Source: Deltaproteobacteria bacterium
GTDB lineage: Bacteria; Myxococcota; Kuafuiibacteriia; Kuafuiibacteriales; Kuafuiibacteriaceae
Reading direction: 5' to 3'
Length of the DNA stretch: 64,000 bases
Assembly (NCBI GenBank): GCA_040218735.1
Contig: JAVJQW010000062.1
Span: forward strand, 128,001 to 192,000
The translations under genes were made by a program, and so were the position numbers. How positions within the stretch are numbered: the stretch's first letter is position 1; each line of letters starts with the position of its first letter. The notes under the pieces were generated by a model. The model ran no database searches, was not told the origin of the DNA, and saw nothing but the letters and a program-made list of their open reading frames with translations. Shown here one piece after another: positions 29,290 through 37,795 of the stretch.

Positions 29290-31353
29290 TCAGCGGGAGC
29301 CAAAGATCCGATCGAGGAGACTCTTACGCTGCGCCGCAGGGTCGGCTTCCACGTCCGAGGCTTTCACCTCGTTCTCCCCCTTCGGTACGGTCCCGGTGAA
29401 ACGCGAGCCGCTGTCCTTCGGCGCCTCCTTCGGCGCTTTCGGGCTGCTCTGCGCCTCGGCGGACACGGTCGCGGGTTTCGACGACGCGTCGCCGTTCGAA
29501 CCCTTGCCGGCCTTCTGCTCTTCCTCGCGTCGCTTCCGCCTGGCCTGGCGTTCGGCTTTGAGTCTTTCGAGCATCTCGGCGGACGGGCGACCGGTGAACG
29601 TGGTGTCGCCCTTCGCTTCGATCGCGGGCGCGCTCTTGTCGCTCTTCTCGCTCCGCTCGCCCTTGGCGGCGCCGCGCTCCGACGACTTCGCTTCGCCGTC
29701 CTCGCCGCCGCGACGACGTTTGCGCTTGGACTTCTTCTTCGGGAGCTCCGAGACGGAGACCTCGTTGCTGTCGGCCTGCGCCTCGCGGCGCTTCTTCGTG
29801 CGGCGACGTTTGCGCTGCGAGCGATCCCGACGCCGGTCCTCGCGCGGCGGGAGCTTGTCGGTGATCTCGGCGAGCACCTCGCCCTTCGAGAGGAACGTGA
29901 CCTCGTCCTGGTTGCGCTCCATCTCCGGGCGCGCCTTCACGACGATGCGGCAGTCGTACTCCTTCTCGAGCGCCATCAGCTGCGCGCGGCGCTGGTTGAG
30001 CATGTACTCCGCCGTCTCGCGGTGCGTCGTCACCCTCGCCTCGCCGACGCCGCCCTGCGCGAGCCGCGCCTCGAGGCGACGCACCAGCGACAGCGAGTGC
30101 GACTCGGCGCTCCGACGCCAGCCGGTGCCGCCGCAGGTCTCGCAGCGGTGCTGGAACGCGCGCCGCATCCCCTGACGGATGCGCTGGCGGGTCAGGACAC
30201 ACAGGCCCTTGGAGTTGATGCGCGAGATCTTGTAGCGCGCCTTGTCGTCCTTGGCCGCCTCCGCGAGGACCTTCTCGACCTCGCGTTTGTGCTTCGTCAT
30301 CTCCATGTCGATGAAGTCGATGACGACGATGCCGCCGAGGTCGCGCAACTTGAGTTGACGCGCGATCTCCTCGGCCGCCTCACTGTTCACGGCGAAGACG
30401 GTGTCCTCGTGGCCCCCCTCGCGGGTGTTCTTGCCCGAGTTCACGTCGATGGCGACGAGCGCCTCGGTCTGGTCCACGACGATCGAGCCGCCGCTCGGGA
30501 GCGCCACGCGACGCTCGAACGTGGACTCGATCTGCGCCTCCACGTGGTAGTACGCGAAGATCGGGATCGGGTTCGAGTAGAAGTGCAGCCGGTCCTTGAA
30601 GTCCGGCATCACCTCGTCGAAGTACTCGACCGCGGCGTCGTACTCCTCCTGGGTGTCGATCCAGACCTCGTCGATGTCCTCGTTGAAGAAGTCGCGCAGC
30701 GTGCGCGCGACGAGGTCCGGCTCGGCGTAGAGGATCGACGGAGCCCGCGCGATCTCGGCGGCCTTCGTGACCTTCTCGTACTGCGCCGAGACGGCGTCGA
30801 GGTCCTTCTGGATCCCGACCCGCGTCTGGTTGAGCCCGGCGGTCCGGACGATGAAGCCGCAACCCTCGGGTTTGTTCAGCTTCGACGCCATGGTGCGGAT
30901 CCGCTTACGCACCTTGTCGTCCTCGATCTTGCGCGAGATGCCACCGGCGTCGCTGCCGGGCATCAGCACGGTGTACCGACCGGCCAGCGACAGGTACGTC
31001 GTGAGCGTCACGCCCTTGTCGCCGATGGCGTCCTTGGCGACCTGGACGACGATGTCCTGGCCGCGCCGCACCACGTCCGTGATGCGCGGCGACTCCTTGG
31101 CGGACCAGCGGCGATAGTATTGGTCGGGCTTGATCTCCGAGAACGGGAGGAAGCCCTGCTTGTGGGAGCCGATGTCGACGAAAGCGGCCTCGAGGCTGCC
31201 TTCGACGTTGTGGACGACACCTTTGTAGATGTTGCCCTTCAGTGTGCTCGTTTCGGACGCTTCGATGTCGAGCTCGGCGAGCTCACCATCCTCCACCACG
31301 GCGATGCGCAGCTCGTTTTGAGCTGTCGCGTTGATCAACATTTTGATGGTCAT
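29290..31353 (-). CDS. rne: Ribonuclease E/G family
   Basis: KMLINA, GNIYKG, AAFVDIG, TEALVAIDVNSG, LRDLGGIVVIDFIDM, CETCGGTG Zn-link, Arg/Lys-rich disordered tail. Confidence 0.95.
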   Translation of the reverse strand: MTIKMLINATAQNELRIAVVEDGELAELDIEASETSTLKGNIYKGVVHNVEGSLEAAFVDIGSHKQGFLPFSEIKPDQYYRRWSAKESPRITDVVRRGQDIVVQVAKDAIGDKGVTLTTYLSLAGRYTVLMPGSDAGGISRKIEDDKVRKRIRTMASKLNKPEGCGFIVRTAGLNQTRVGIQKDLDAVSAQYEKVTKAAEIARAPSILYAEPDLVARTLRDFFNEDIDEVWIDTQEEYDAAVEYFDEVMPDFKDRLHFYSNPIPIFAYYHVEAQIESTFERRVALPSGGSIVVDQTEALVAIDVNSGKNTREGGHEDTVFAVNSEAAEEIARQLKLRDLGGIVVIDFIDMEMTKHKREVEKVLAEAAKDDKARYKISRINSKGLCVLTRQRIRQGMRRAFQHRCETCGGTGWRRSAESHSLSLVRRLEARLAQGGVGEARVTTHRETAEYMLNQRRAQLMALEKEYDCRIVVKARPEMERNQDEVTFLSKGEVLAEITDKLPPREDRRRDRSQRKRRRTKKRREAQADSNEVSVSELPKKKSKRKRRRGGEDGEAKSSERGAAKGERSEKSDKSAPAIEAKGDTTFTGRPSAEMLERLKAERQARRKRREEEQKAGKGSNGDASSKPATVSAEAQSSPKAPKEAPKDSGSRFTGTVPKGENEVKASDVEADPAAQRKSLLDRIFGSR

Positions 31354-31642
31354 TGAAAGGTCGTCTCCGGGAGCCGTTCGCACTTTCGGTGCGGGTGCCG
31401 CGGATCGTGTCGCGTTGGCTTCGATCTCGCGCCGGTCGACCTAGGTGGGGTCGAGATGGGATCGTACGGATCAGCACGCGGGCTCCAGCTTCGTCGCGCT
31501 CGTTCTTCGGGCCGTTCGTCGGCGCGCGGCGCGCGGGTTGAATGGAAGGCAGCATACACGGCCACGCCGGGTTGTCCTAGGTAAACGCATCCGCGATCTA
31601 GGGTAGGAGGGAGCGGGACGTTGGGTGTATGGATCGGCCGCC

Positions 31643-33097
31643 ATGGACAACCTCGACCTCCCCACCGGCCTGGCTTTCGACGACGTCCTCCTGGAGCCCG
31701 GGTATTCGGAAACCCTACCCCGTGAGACCCAGGTCCGGACCCAGCTGACCGCGCGCATCCGGCTCGAGCTGCCGCTGCTCTCCGCCGCGATGGACACGGT
31801 GACGGAGTCGCGGCTCGCGATCGCCCTCGCCCAGCTCGGCGGGATCGGCGTCATCCACAAGAACATGACCCCGGCGCAGCACGCGGCGGAGGTCCGGCGG
31901 GTGAAGCGGTTCGAGTCGGCGATGATCCACAACCCGATCACCGTGCGCCCCGACCAACCGGTGCGGGACGCCATCGGGCTGACGATCGAGCACGGCTTCT
32001 CGTCCTTCCCGGTGGAGCGTGAAGGCAAGCTCGTCGGGATGCTGACCGGCCGCGACATCCGCGCGGCCGCCTCGAACGACGTCCGCATCGAGGCCCTGAT
32101 GACGAAGGAGCCCGTGACGATCCCCGTCGGCACCACGCCCGACGAAGCGCGCCGCGTGATGCACGAGAACCGCAAGGAGACGCTCCCGATCCTCGGCGAG
32201 GACGGCAAGCTCGTCGGGCTCGTCACGCTGAAGGACGTCGAAAAACACGCCCGCCACCCGAACGCGTCGCTCGATCCGTCGGGCCGCCTGCGCGTCGCCG
32301 CGGCGCTCGGCGTCGGGCCGGACCGGGAGGAGCGCGCCGCCGCGCTCGCGGAGGCCGAGGTCGACCTCATCGTCATCGACACCGCGCACGGTCACAGCAA
32401 GGGCGTCATCGACGCCGTCAGCGAGACCAAGAAGAAGTATCCGAGCGTCGACGTCGCCGCGGGCAACGTCGCCACCGCCGACGGCGCCAAGGCGCTGATC
32501 GACGCCGGCGCGGACGCGGTGAAGGTCGGCATCGGGCCGGGCTCGATCTGCACCACGCGCATCGTCGCGGGCGTCGGTGTGCCGCAGATCTCGGCGGTCA
32601 TGGCCTGCGCGAGGGCCGGCGCCGACGCCGGCGTCCCCGTCATCGCGGACGGCGGCATCAAGTACTCCGGCGACATCGTGAAGGCGCTCGCCGCCGGCGC
32701 GCACGCGGTGATGATCGGCTCGCTGTTGGCCGGCGTCGCGGAGTCCCCCGGCGAGATGGTCTTGCTCGAGGGCCGCGCCTTCAAGGCGTACCGCGGGATG
32801 GGCTCGCTCGGCGCGATGCAGCAGGGCTCGGCGGAGCGCTACGCGCAGGCCGGGATCGAAGCGAGGAAGCTCGTGCCCGAGGGCATCGAAGGGCGCGTCC
32901 CGTTCAAGGGCCCGCTCGAAGAGACGATCACGCAGCTCATCGGCGGCCTGCGCGCCGGCATGGGTTACGTCGGCGCCCAGGACCTCGTCACGCTCCACGA
33001 GCGCGCGAAGTTCGTCCGCATCAGCGCCGCGGGCCTACGCGAGTCCCACGTGCACGACGTCGTGGTGACCAAGGAAGCGCCCAACTACTCGCGCTGA
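31643..33097 (+). CDS. guaB: IMP dehydrogenase
   Basis: [12 protein letters not shown] pair, [30 protein letters not shown]. Confidence 0.98.
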   Translation: MDNLDLPTGLAFDDVLLEPGYSETLPRETQVRTQLTARIRLELPLLSAAMDTVTESRLAIALAQLGGIGVIHKNMTPAQHAAEVRRVKRFESAMIHNPITVRPDQPVRDAIGLTIEHGFSSFPVEREGKLVGMLTGRDIRAAASNDVRIEALMTKEPVTIPVGTTPDEARRVMHENRKETLPILGEDGKLVGLVTLKDVEKHARHPNASLDPSGRLRVAAALGVGPDREERAAALAEAEVDLIVIDTAHGHSKGVIDAVSETKKKYPSVDVAAGNVATADGAKALIDAGADAVKVGIGPGSICTTRIVAGVGVPQISAVMACARAGADAGVPVIADGGIKYSGDIVKALAAGAHAVMIGSLLAGVAESPGEMVLLEGRAFKAYRGMGSLGAMQQGSAERYAQAGIEARKLVPEGIEGRVPFKGPLEETITQLIGGLRAGMGYVGAQDLVTLHERAKFVRISAAGLRESHVHDVVVTKEAPNYSR

Positions 33098-33109
33098 GCG
33101 AGACGGGAG

Positions 33110-34504
33110 CTAAGCCCCCGTCCCCTTGAAGTCCTCCGCCGCGATCTTGTGGCGCTTCATCAGCTGCCACAGGTTCTTGCGATCCAACCCCGCGCGCTTC
33201 GCGGCGTTGGTGATGTGGCCCTCCGCCTCTTCGAGCACGGCGGTCACGTAGTCGCGCTCGAAGCGTCGGAGGATGGCGTCCTTTTCGTCCTTGAACGTCC
33301 CGAAGCCCGCCTGGATCCGCGGCGCGGCGGCGCCGGCGGCGGGCGCGGCGCCGAGGTCGATGTCGTCCGCGCGTACCTCGCTCTCGCGCGCCATCACGAC
33401 GATCTGCTCGACCTTGTTCTCGAGCTCACGGATGTTGCCCGGCCACGCGTAGCTCTCCAGCCGACGGTAGACCTCCGGTGAAAACGCGATCTGCTTCTTG
33501 AACTGCGCGTTGAACCGCTCCAGGAAGCTCGAAGCGAGCAGCGCGATGTCGCCGGTCCGCTCCGACAGCGGAGGTAGCTGCACCGGCACCACGTTGAGGC
33601 GATAGAACAGGTCTTCGCGGAACGTCTTGTCCTCGACGGCCTGCTTCAGGTCGCGGTTCGTCGCCGCGATGATCCGTACGTCGGCGATGCGGCTCTTCGG
33701 CGAGCCGACCGGCTTGTACTCCTTCAGCTCGAGGAACCGCAGCAGCTTCACCTGCACCGACAGCGAGATCTCGCCGATCTCGTCGAGGAACAGCGTACCG
33801 GTGTCGGCCGCGTCGACGAGGCCGGGGTTGTCGGCGTGGGCGTCCGTGAACGCGCCGCGCCGGTAGCCGAACAGCTCCGACTCGAGGAGCTGCTCCGGGA
33901 GCGCGCCGCAGTTCACGGTCACGAACGGCTTGTCGGCGCGCCGAGACAGCTCGTGCACACACCGTGCGACGACCTCCTTGCCTGTCCCCGACTCGCCGTA
34001 GATGACGACCGACGCCTCCGTCTGCGCGAGCGTGGGGAGCTGGTTCTTCAGCTCGATCATCTTCGGGCTCCGCCCGATCAGCCGCTCGGAGGGCCCGGCC
34101 GCGATGGAGCTCTTGAGGCGCTGCACCTCCTTGGTGAGGGAGACCTGCTCCATCACGCGCTCGAGGCGGTGGATGAACACCTCCTTGGTGAGAGGCTTGG
34201 TCAGGTAGTCGTCCGCGCCCCGCTGCAGGTAGTCGACGGCGCCCTCGATCGAGCCGTACCCCGTCATGATGATGACCGGGATGTGCGCAAATTCGCGCTT
34301 CACCGTGGTGAGGAGCTCGTCGCCCGAGAGGACCGGCATCCTCAGGTCCGTGATGAGGATGTCGACCTCGCCGGCCTGGACCCGGTCCAGCGCCTCCTGT
34401 CCGTTGCTGGCGAAGTCGAGGCGGATGTCCTGCCGGTCGCGGCAGAAGATCTTGAGCAAATAGAGGTTCGTCTTGTCGTCGTCGGCGATGAGGACGTTGA
34501 TCAT
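33110..34504 (-). CDS. Sigma54-dependent response regulator (NtrC-type enhancer-binding protein)
   Basis: Receiver (ADDD, TDLRMP), GESGTGKE, ESELFG..RGAFTDA, LFLDEIGE, FREDLFYRLNV, WPGNIREL, Fis-type HTH. Confidence 0.96.
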   Translation of the reverse strand: MINVLIADDDKTNLYLLKIFCRDRQDIRLDFASNGQEALDRVQAGEVDILITDLRMPVLSGDELLTTVKREFAHIPVIIMTGYGSIEGAVDYLQRGADDYLTKPLTKEVFIHRLERVMEQVSLTKEVQRLKSSIAAGPSERLIGRSPKMIELKNQLPTLAQTEASVVIYGESGTGKEVVARCVHELSRRADKPFVTVNCGALPEQLLESELFGYRRGAFTDAHADNPGLVDAADTGTLFLDEIGEISLSVQVKLLRFLELKEYKPVGSPKSRIADVRIIAATNRDLKQAVEDKTFREDLFYRLNVVPVQLPPLSERTGDIALLASSFLERFNAQFKKQIAFSPEVYRRLESYAWPGNIRELENKVEQIVVMARESEVRADDIDLGAAPAAGAAAPRIQAGFGTFKDEKDAILRRFERDYVTAVLEEAEGHITNAAKRAGLDRKNLWQLMKRHKIAAEDFKGTGA

Positions 34505-34689
34505 GGGGAGCCCCAAGAGGGAGTCTGACCTGGACGGGGTAAAAAGACCACGCGCTATCTTCGCGATCTCCCCACAATTTACGGGGAGCGACCCTTATTG
34601 GGGCGAAATTACCGCGGCAAAACGAGGCTCAATCACCACGTTTTGACGCCCTGCATGAGAAAAACCCAGTCTTTCAGACAGCCCAATGT

Positions 34690-34705
34690 TGGCACCGCCA
34701 TTGCT
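34690..34705 (+). promoter_or_regulatory. Consensus sigma54 promoter
   Basis: TGGCAC-CGCCA-TTGCT is an exact TGGCAC-N5-TTGCW match in an AT-enriched intergenic region. Confidence 0.85.
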
Positions 34706-34715
34706 ATGTTGGTGA

Positions 34716-34856
34716 TTGCCGACGGAAACGTCTCGGGTGTGTTCCCCCCACTGCTCGAGAGGTGTCCTGAGGCGCGGAAACCGGGTGTGGGCAAGCATCT
34801 GGGCTGACGGGAATCCCCCCTTCCTCGAGGCACGGTGCTTGTCCAGCCTTCTTTTT
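34716..34856 (+). ncRNA. Candidate sigma54-dependent small RNA (about 140 nt)
   Basis: Starts at the expected +1 of the sigma54 promoter. GACG-GAAA-CGTC hairpin, 12-bp closing stem 34788-34799/34834-34845, U-rich tail CTTCTTTTT, and no credible plus-strand CDS before the convergent HAD gene. Confidence 0.6.
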
Positions 34857-34874
34857 GCTCCCAACAGCAAGTTT

Positions 34875-35549
34875 TCATTTGTCGATGGTCTCCTCGGGTG
34901 CGCTGCGCCCGAGGAGACGGTCGAGTAGCTCGGCCGGCGTCCGGCTGAGCGTCGAGACCTGCGCCCGCAGGCCCTCCGGGTCGAAGCCCCACCGCACGCC
35001 GAAGAACGGTCCGCCGAACCGCGCCGCGGTCGCCGCGTCGATCGGCATGTCGCCGACGTACGCGACCTCTTGCGGATCGATCCCGGCGCAGCCCGCGCGC
35101 TCGAGCGCGAGGTGCACCACGGCCGGGTCCGGCTTCTTGTTCGGGACCTCGTCGGCGCTCGCCGCCGCGAGTCCCAGCGCGAGCCCCTCCACCACGGGCA
35201 CCGTGAACGCCGCCGGTTTGTTCGTCGCGATCGCGCACGTGACGTTCGCGGCGCGCAGCCCGTCGAGCATCGCCCGGACACCATCGTAAGGGCGCGTGGT
35301 CTCGAGGAGCCGCCGCCGGTACGCGTCGTAGAACCGCGCGTGGGTCGCTTCGAAGAGCTCGTCCACACGTTCGCCGAGCGCACGTTGGATCAGGACCTTG
35401 GCGCCGCCGCCGATCATCGTCCGGATCACGTCGGGTCCGAGCGGCGCGGCGCCGACTTCAACGAGCACCTCGTCGAGCGCCGATGCGATGTCGCGGTAGC
35501 TGTCGATCAGCGTGCCGTCCAGGTCGAAGACGGCGACCGAGATCACCAC
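34875..35549 (-). CDS. HAD-family phosphatase (phosphoglycolate phosphatase-like)
   Basis: FDLDGTLIDS, ATNK, KKPDP, YVGD..ID. Confidence 0.92.
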   Translation of the reverse strand: MVISVAVFDLDGTLIDSYRDIASALDEVLVEVGAAPLGPDVIRTMIGGGAKVLIQRALGERVDELFEATHARFYDAYRRRLLETTRPYDGVRAMLDGLRAANVTCAIATNKPAAFTVPVVEGLALGLAAASADEVPNKKPDPAVVHLALERAGCAGIDPQEVAYVGDMPIDAATAARFGGPFFGVRWGFDPEGLRAQVSTLSRTPAELLDRLLGRSAPEETIDK

Positions 35550-35550
35550 C

Positions 35551-36351
35551 TCAGCCGTCCACGCCCACGACGATCGCGACCCCGGATCCGACCAGGAACG
35601 CCGACCCGATGAACGTGTTCGGCAGGAGGTCCGTTCCGCGCTCCACGGCGAAGACGATGACGCCGTAGATGCCGTCCTGCGCGAACGTCGCGGCCGGCAC
35701 CTCTAGCGACCGATTACCGTCGCCGACGATCAGCTCGAGCACCTCCGCGGCGGTCTGCGGGCGACTGTCGTAGACCACCATCGGGTCGTCCGGCGCGTTC
35801 GGATCGGCCCGGAGCACCACGACGTAGCCGTACTTGCCGTACTGCGCGGGGAACGTGAGCGTGAGCGCCGTGTTGGCCGGGTGCAACAGCGCCTCCGGGA
35901 CCGACGGGTGCGCCGCGGTCGGCTGCGGCGACAGGCTGATCGCCGCGGGCGTGAGCTGCTCGGGCGCCGCCGGCACCGTGCCGCCGCGCCGCGCGCCGTT
36001 GACCTCGGCCGTGAACGTGTACGCGCTCCCGGCGCGGTAGACGAGCTCACCGTTTTCGAGCGACGTGAGTGTATAGCGACCGTCGCTCGCGAACGGCAGG
36101 TCGAGCGATTGGTCGTCGATGATCAGCGCCGCGATCGCGCCGTCGACCGGGGTGAGGTTCGACGACACCGCGTTGTCGCGTTCACTCACCCACGCCGACG
36201 CCACGACCTCGGACGGGACGTCGAGCTGCCCCTGGATCGAGACGGCCGGGGTGGCGACGGCCAGGCCGCCGATCACCGTCGTGGCCTGGGCGGAGTCGAC
36301 GACCTCGCAGGCCGTCGTGAGGAACAACACCGTAGCGAAAACGAGACGCAC
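35551..36351 (-). CDS. Hypothetical lipoprotein
   Basis: GTG 36351 reads MRLVFATVLFLTTAC (lipobox); beta-rich body. Confidence 0.75.
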   Translation of the reverse strand: MRLVFATVLFLTTACEVVDSAQATTVIGGLAVATPAVSIQGQLDVPSEVVASAWVSERDNAVSSNLTPVDGAIAALIIDDQSLDLPFASDGRYTLTSLENGELVYRAGSAYTFTAEVNGARRGGTVPAAPEQLTPAAISLSPQPTAAHPSVPEALLHPANTALTLTFPAQYGKYGYVVVLRADPNAPDDPMVVYDSRPQTAAEVLELIVGDGNRSLEVPAATFAQDGIYGVIVFAVERGTDLLPNTFIGSAFLVGSGVAIVVGVDG

Positions 36352-36405
36352 GCTGGCAGCGTACCAAACAAGAGACTTTGACTCGTACGTGTCCGTCGCC
36401 TTCAG

Positions 36406-37224
36406 ATGAGGTCGATGCGGGTTGCGTTCGCCAAGTACCAAGGGCTCGGCAACGACTTCGTGGTGGTGCGCGCCGAAGACGCGCGGATCACCGCCGCGGC
36501 CGCGCGGCGCCTGTGCGACCGGCGCCGCGGGATCGGTGCCGACGGCGTCCTCACCGTCTCGGCGCCGCGGGTGTCTCAGGCCGACGTCCGGATGCACGTC
36601 TTCAACGCCGACGGCTCCGTCGCGCAGATGTGCGGCAACGGCCTGCGCTGCGTCGTCCGCTTCGTCCTGGGGGGCGACGGCCGCGTCGCCGTCGACACCG
36701 ACGCCGGGGTCCTCCAAGGCCACGTCGACGGGGGAACCGTCAGCGTCACGATGGGGCACGCGAGGCTCACCCACGCGAACGTCGACGCCGCGCCGTTCGC
36801 CGGCGTGGGCGTCTCGATGGGCAACCCCCACCTGGTGCTCGACCCCCTCGCCGCCTCCGACGATCTGATGGCGCTCGCCCGCGAACACGGACCGCGCCTC
36901 GAGCGCCACCCGCAGTTCCCGGAGCGCACCAACGTCGAGCTGTGCCGCGTCCGCGACGACGGTGACGTCGACCTCGTGGTGTTCGAGCGCGGCTCCGGCA
37001 TCACCGACGCGTGCGGGACCGGCGCCTCGGCGACCGTCGCGGCGCTCGCGAAGAAGGGACGTGTGCCCTACGGCGAGGTCGTCACCGTCCACCTCCCGGG
37101 CGGGCCGCTCGGCGTGAAGATCGAAGCCGACGACGCGACGCTCGGCGCCGTGACGATCGCGGGCGACGCCGTGCACGTCTTCGACGGCGCGATCGAGCTC
37201 GCCCCCGAGGAGCTCGCCGGGTGA
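36406..37224 (+). CDS. dapF: Diaminopimelate epimerase
   Basis: KYQGLGNDF, GIGADG, NADGS.AQMCGNG, SMGNPH, ERGSGITDACGTG. Confidence 0.97.
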   Translation: MRSMRVAFAKYQGLGNDFVVVRAEDARITAAAARRLCDRRRGIGADGVLTVSAPRVSQADVRMHVFNADGSVAQMCGNGLRCVVRFVLGGDGRVAVDTDAGVLQGHVDGGTVSVTMGHARLTHANVDAAPFAGVGVSMGNPHLVLDPLAASDDLMALAREHGPRLERHPQFPERTNVELCRVRDDGDVDLVVFERGSGITDACGTGASATVAALAKKGRVPYGEVVTVHLPGGPLGVKIEADDATLGAVTIAGDAVHVFDGAIELAPEELAG

Positions 37225-37795
37225 GCGTCCCCGCGACGCGGACGCGCGCGCTGGTCTACGCCGGCGTCGCGGTCGTGCTGTTCTCCGTGACGCTCCTCGT
37301 GTCGCGCCTCGCCGACTTCGGCGTCGTACCGGCCGAAGAGTTCGGCGCGGGCGATTGGAAGCGCGGCGACGTGAAGCTGCAGATCGACGTCGTCAGCGCG
37401 GACGGCATCCGCCACCCGCTCCCCAGCACACCGGAGCTCCGCCCCGGCGATCGGCTCCACCTCGCCTACGGCAAGACGCGCTACACGTCGCTGTGGGTGG
37501 TGCGCATCGGCGCCGACCGCAAGGTGCGCCCGCTCGTGCCTGCGCCGGGGACGCCCGAAGCGCTCGGCAAGTACGGACGCCGGACGGAGAACGCGGGGGA
37601 GGCGTTGGACCTGACGATCGAGGTCCCTGACGAAGAGGCGTGTTGCTCGGAATGTTCTCGGCGGTGCCGCGGCGCCTCGACGAGATCCAGGCGGCGGCGG
37701 ACGCGGTGGCGAGCGATGATCCGGAGACCATCGCTCGCACGCTCTACATCCCGAGTCGGCGCTTCGTGCACGTCATCGAGATTCGACGCCCCTGA
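37221..37795 (+). pseudogene. Membrane-anchored DUF4384-like gene with an apparent 1-nt frameshift near 37637 (pseudogene or sequencing error)
   Basis: The GTG overlaps the dapF stop. The protein-like frame runs to ...EVPDEE, then continues in another frame as GVLLGMFSAVPRRLDEIQ...IEIRRP-stop, which abuts the convergent stop at 37796. Confidence 0.6.

Noticed and set aside
33110-34504. GAFTDA instead of GAFTGA as a sign of a sigma54-independent regulator
   Set aside because: This substitution is a frequent natural variant that keeps the key Phe-Thr; not evidence of lost function.
34716-34928. 70-aa ORF starting at the sigma54 +1
   Set aside because: TTG start without RBS, atypical codon usage, and it runs through the terminator-like stem into the convergent HAD gene. 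An sRNA explains the region better, though translation is not formally excluded.
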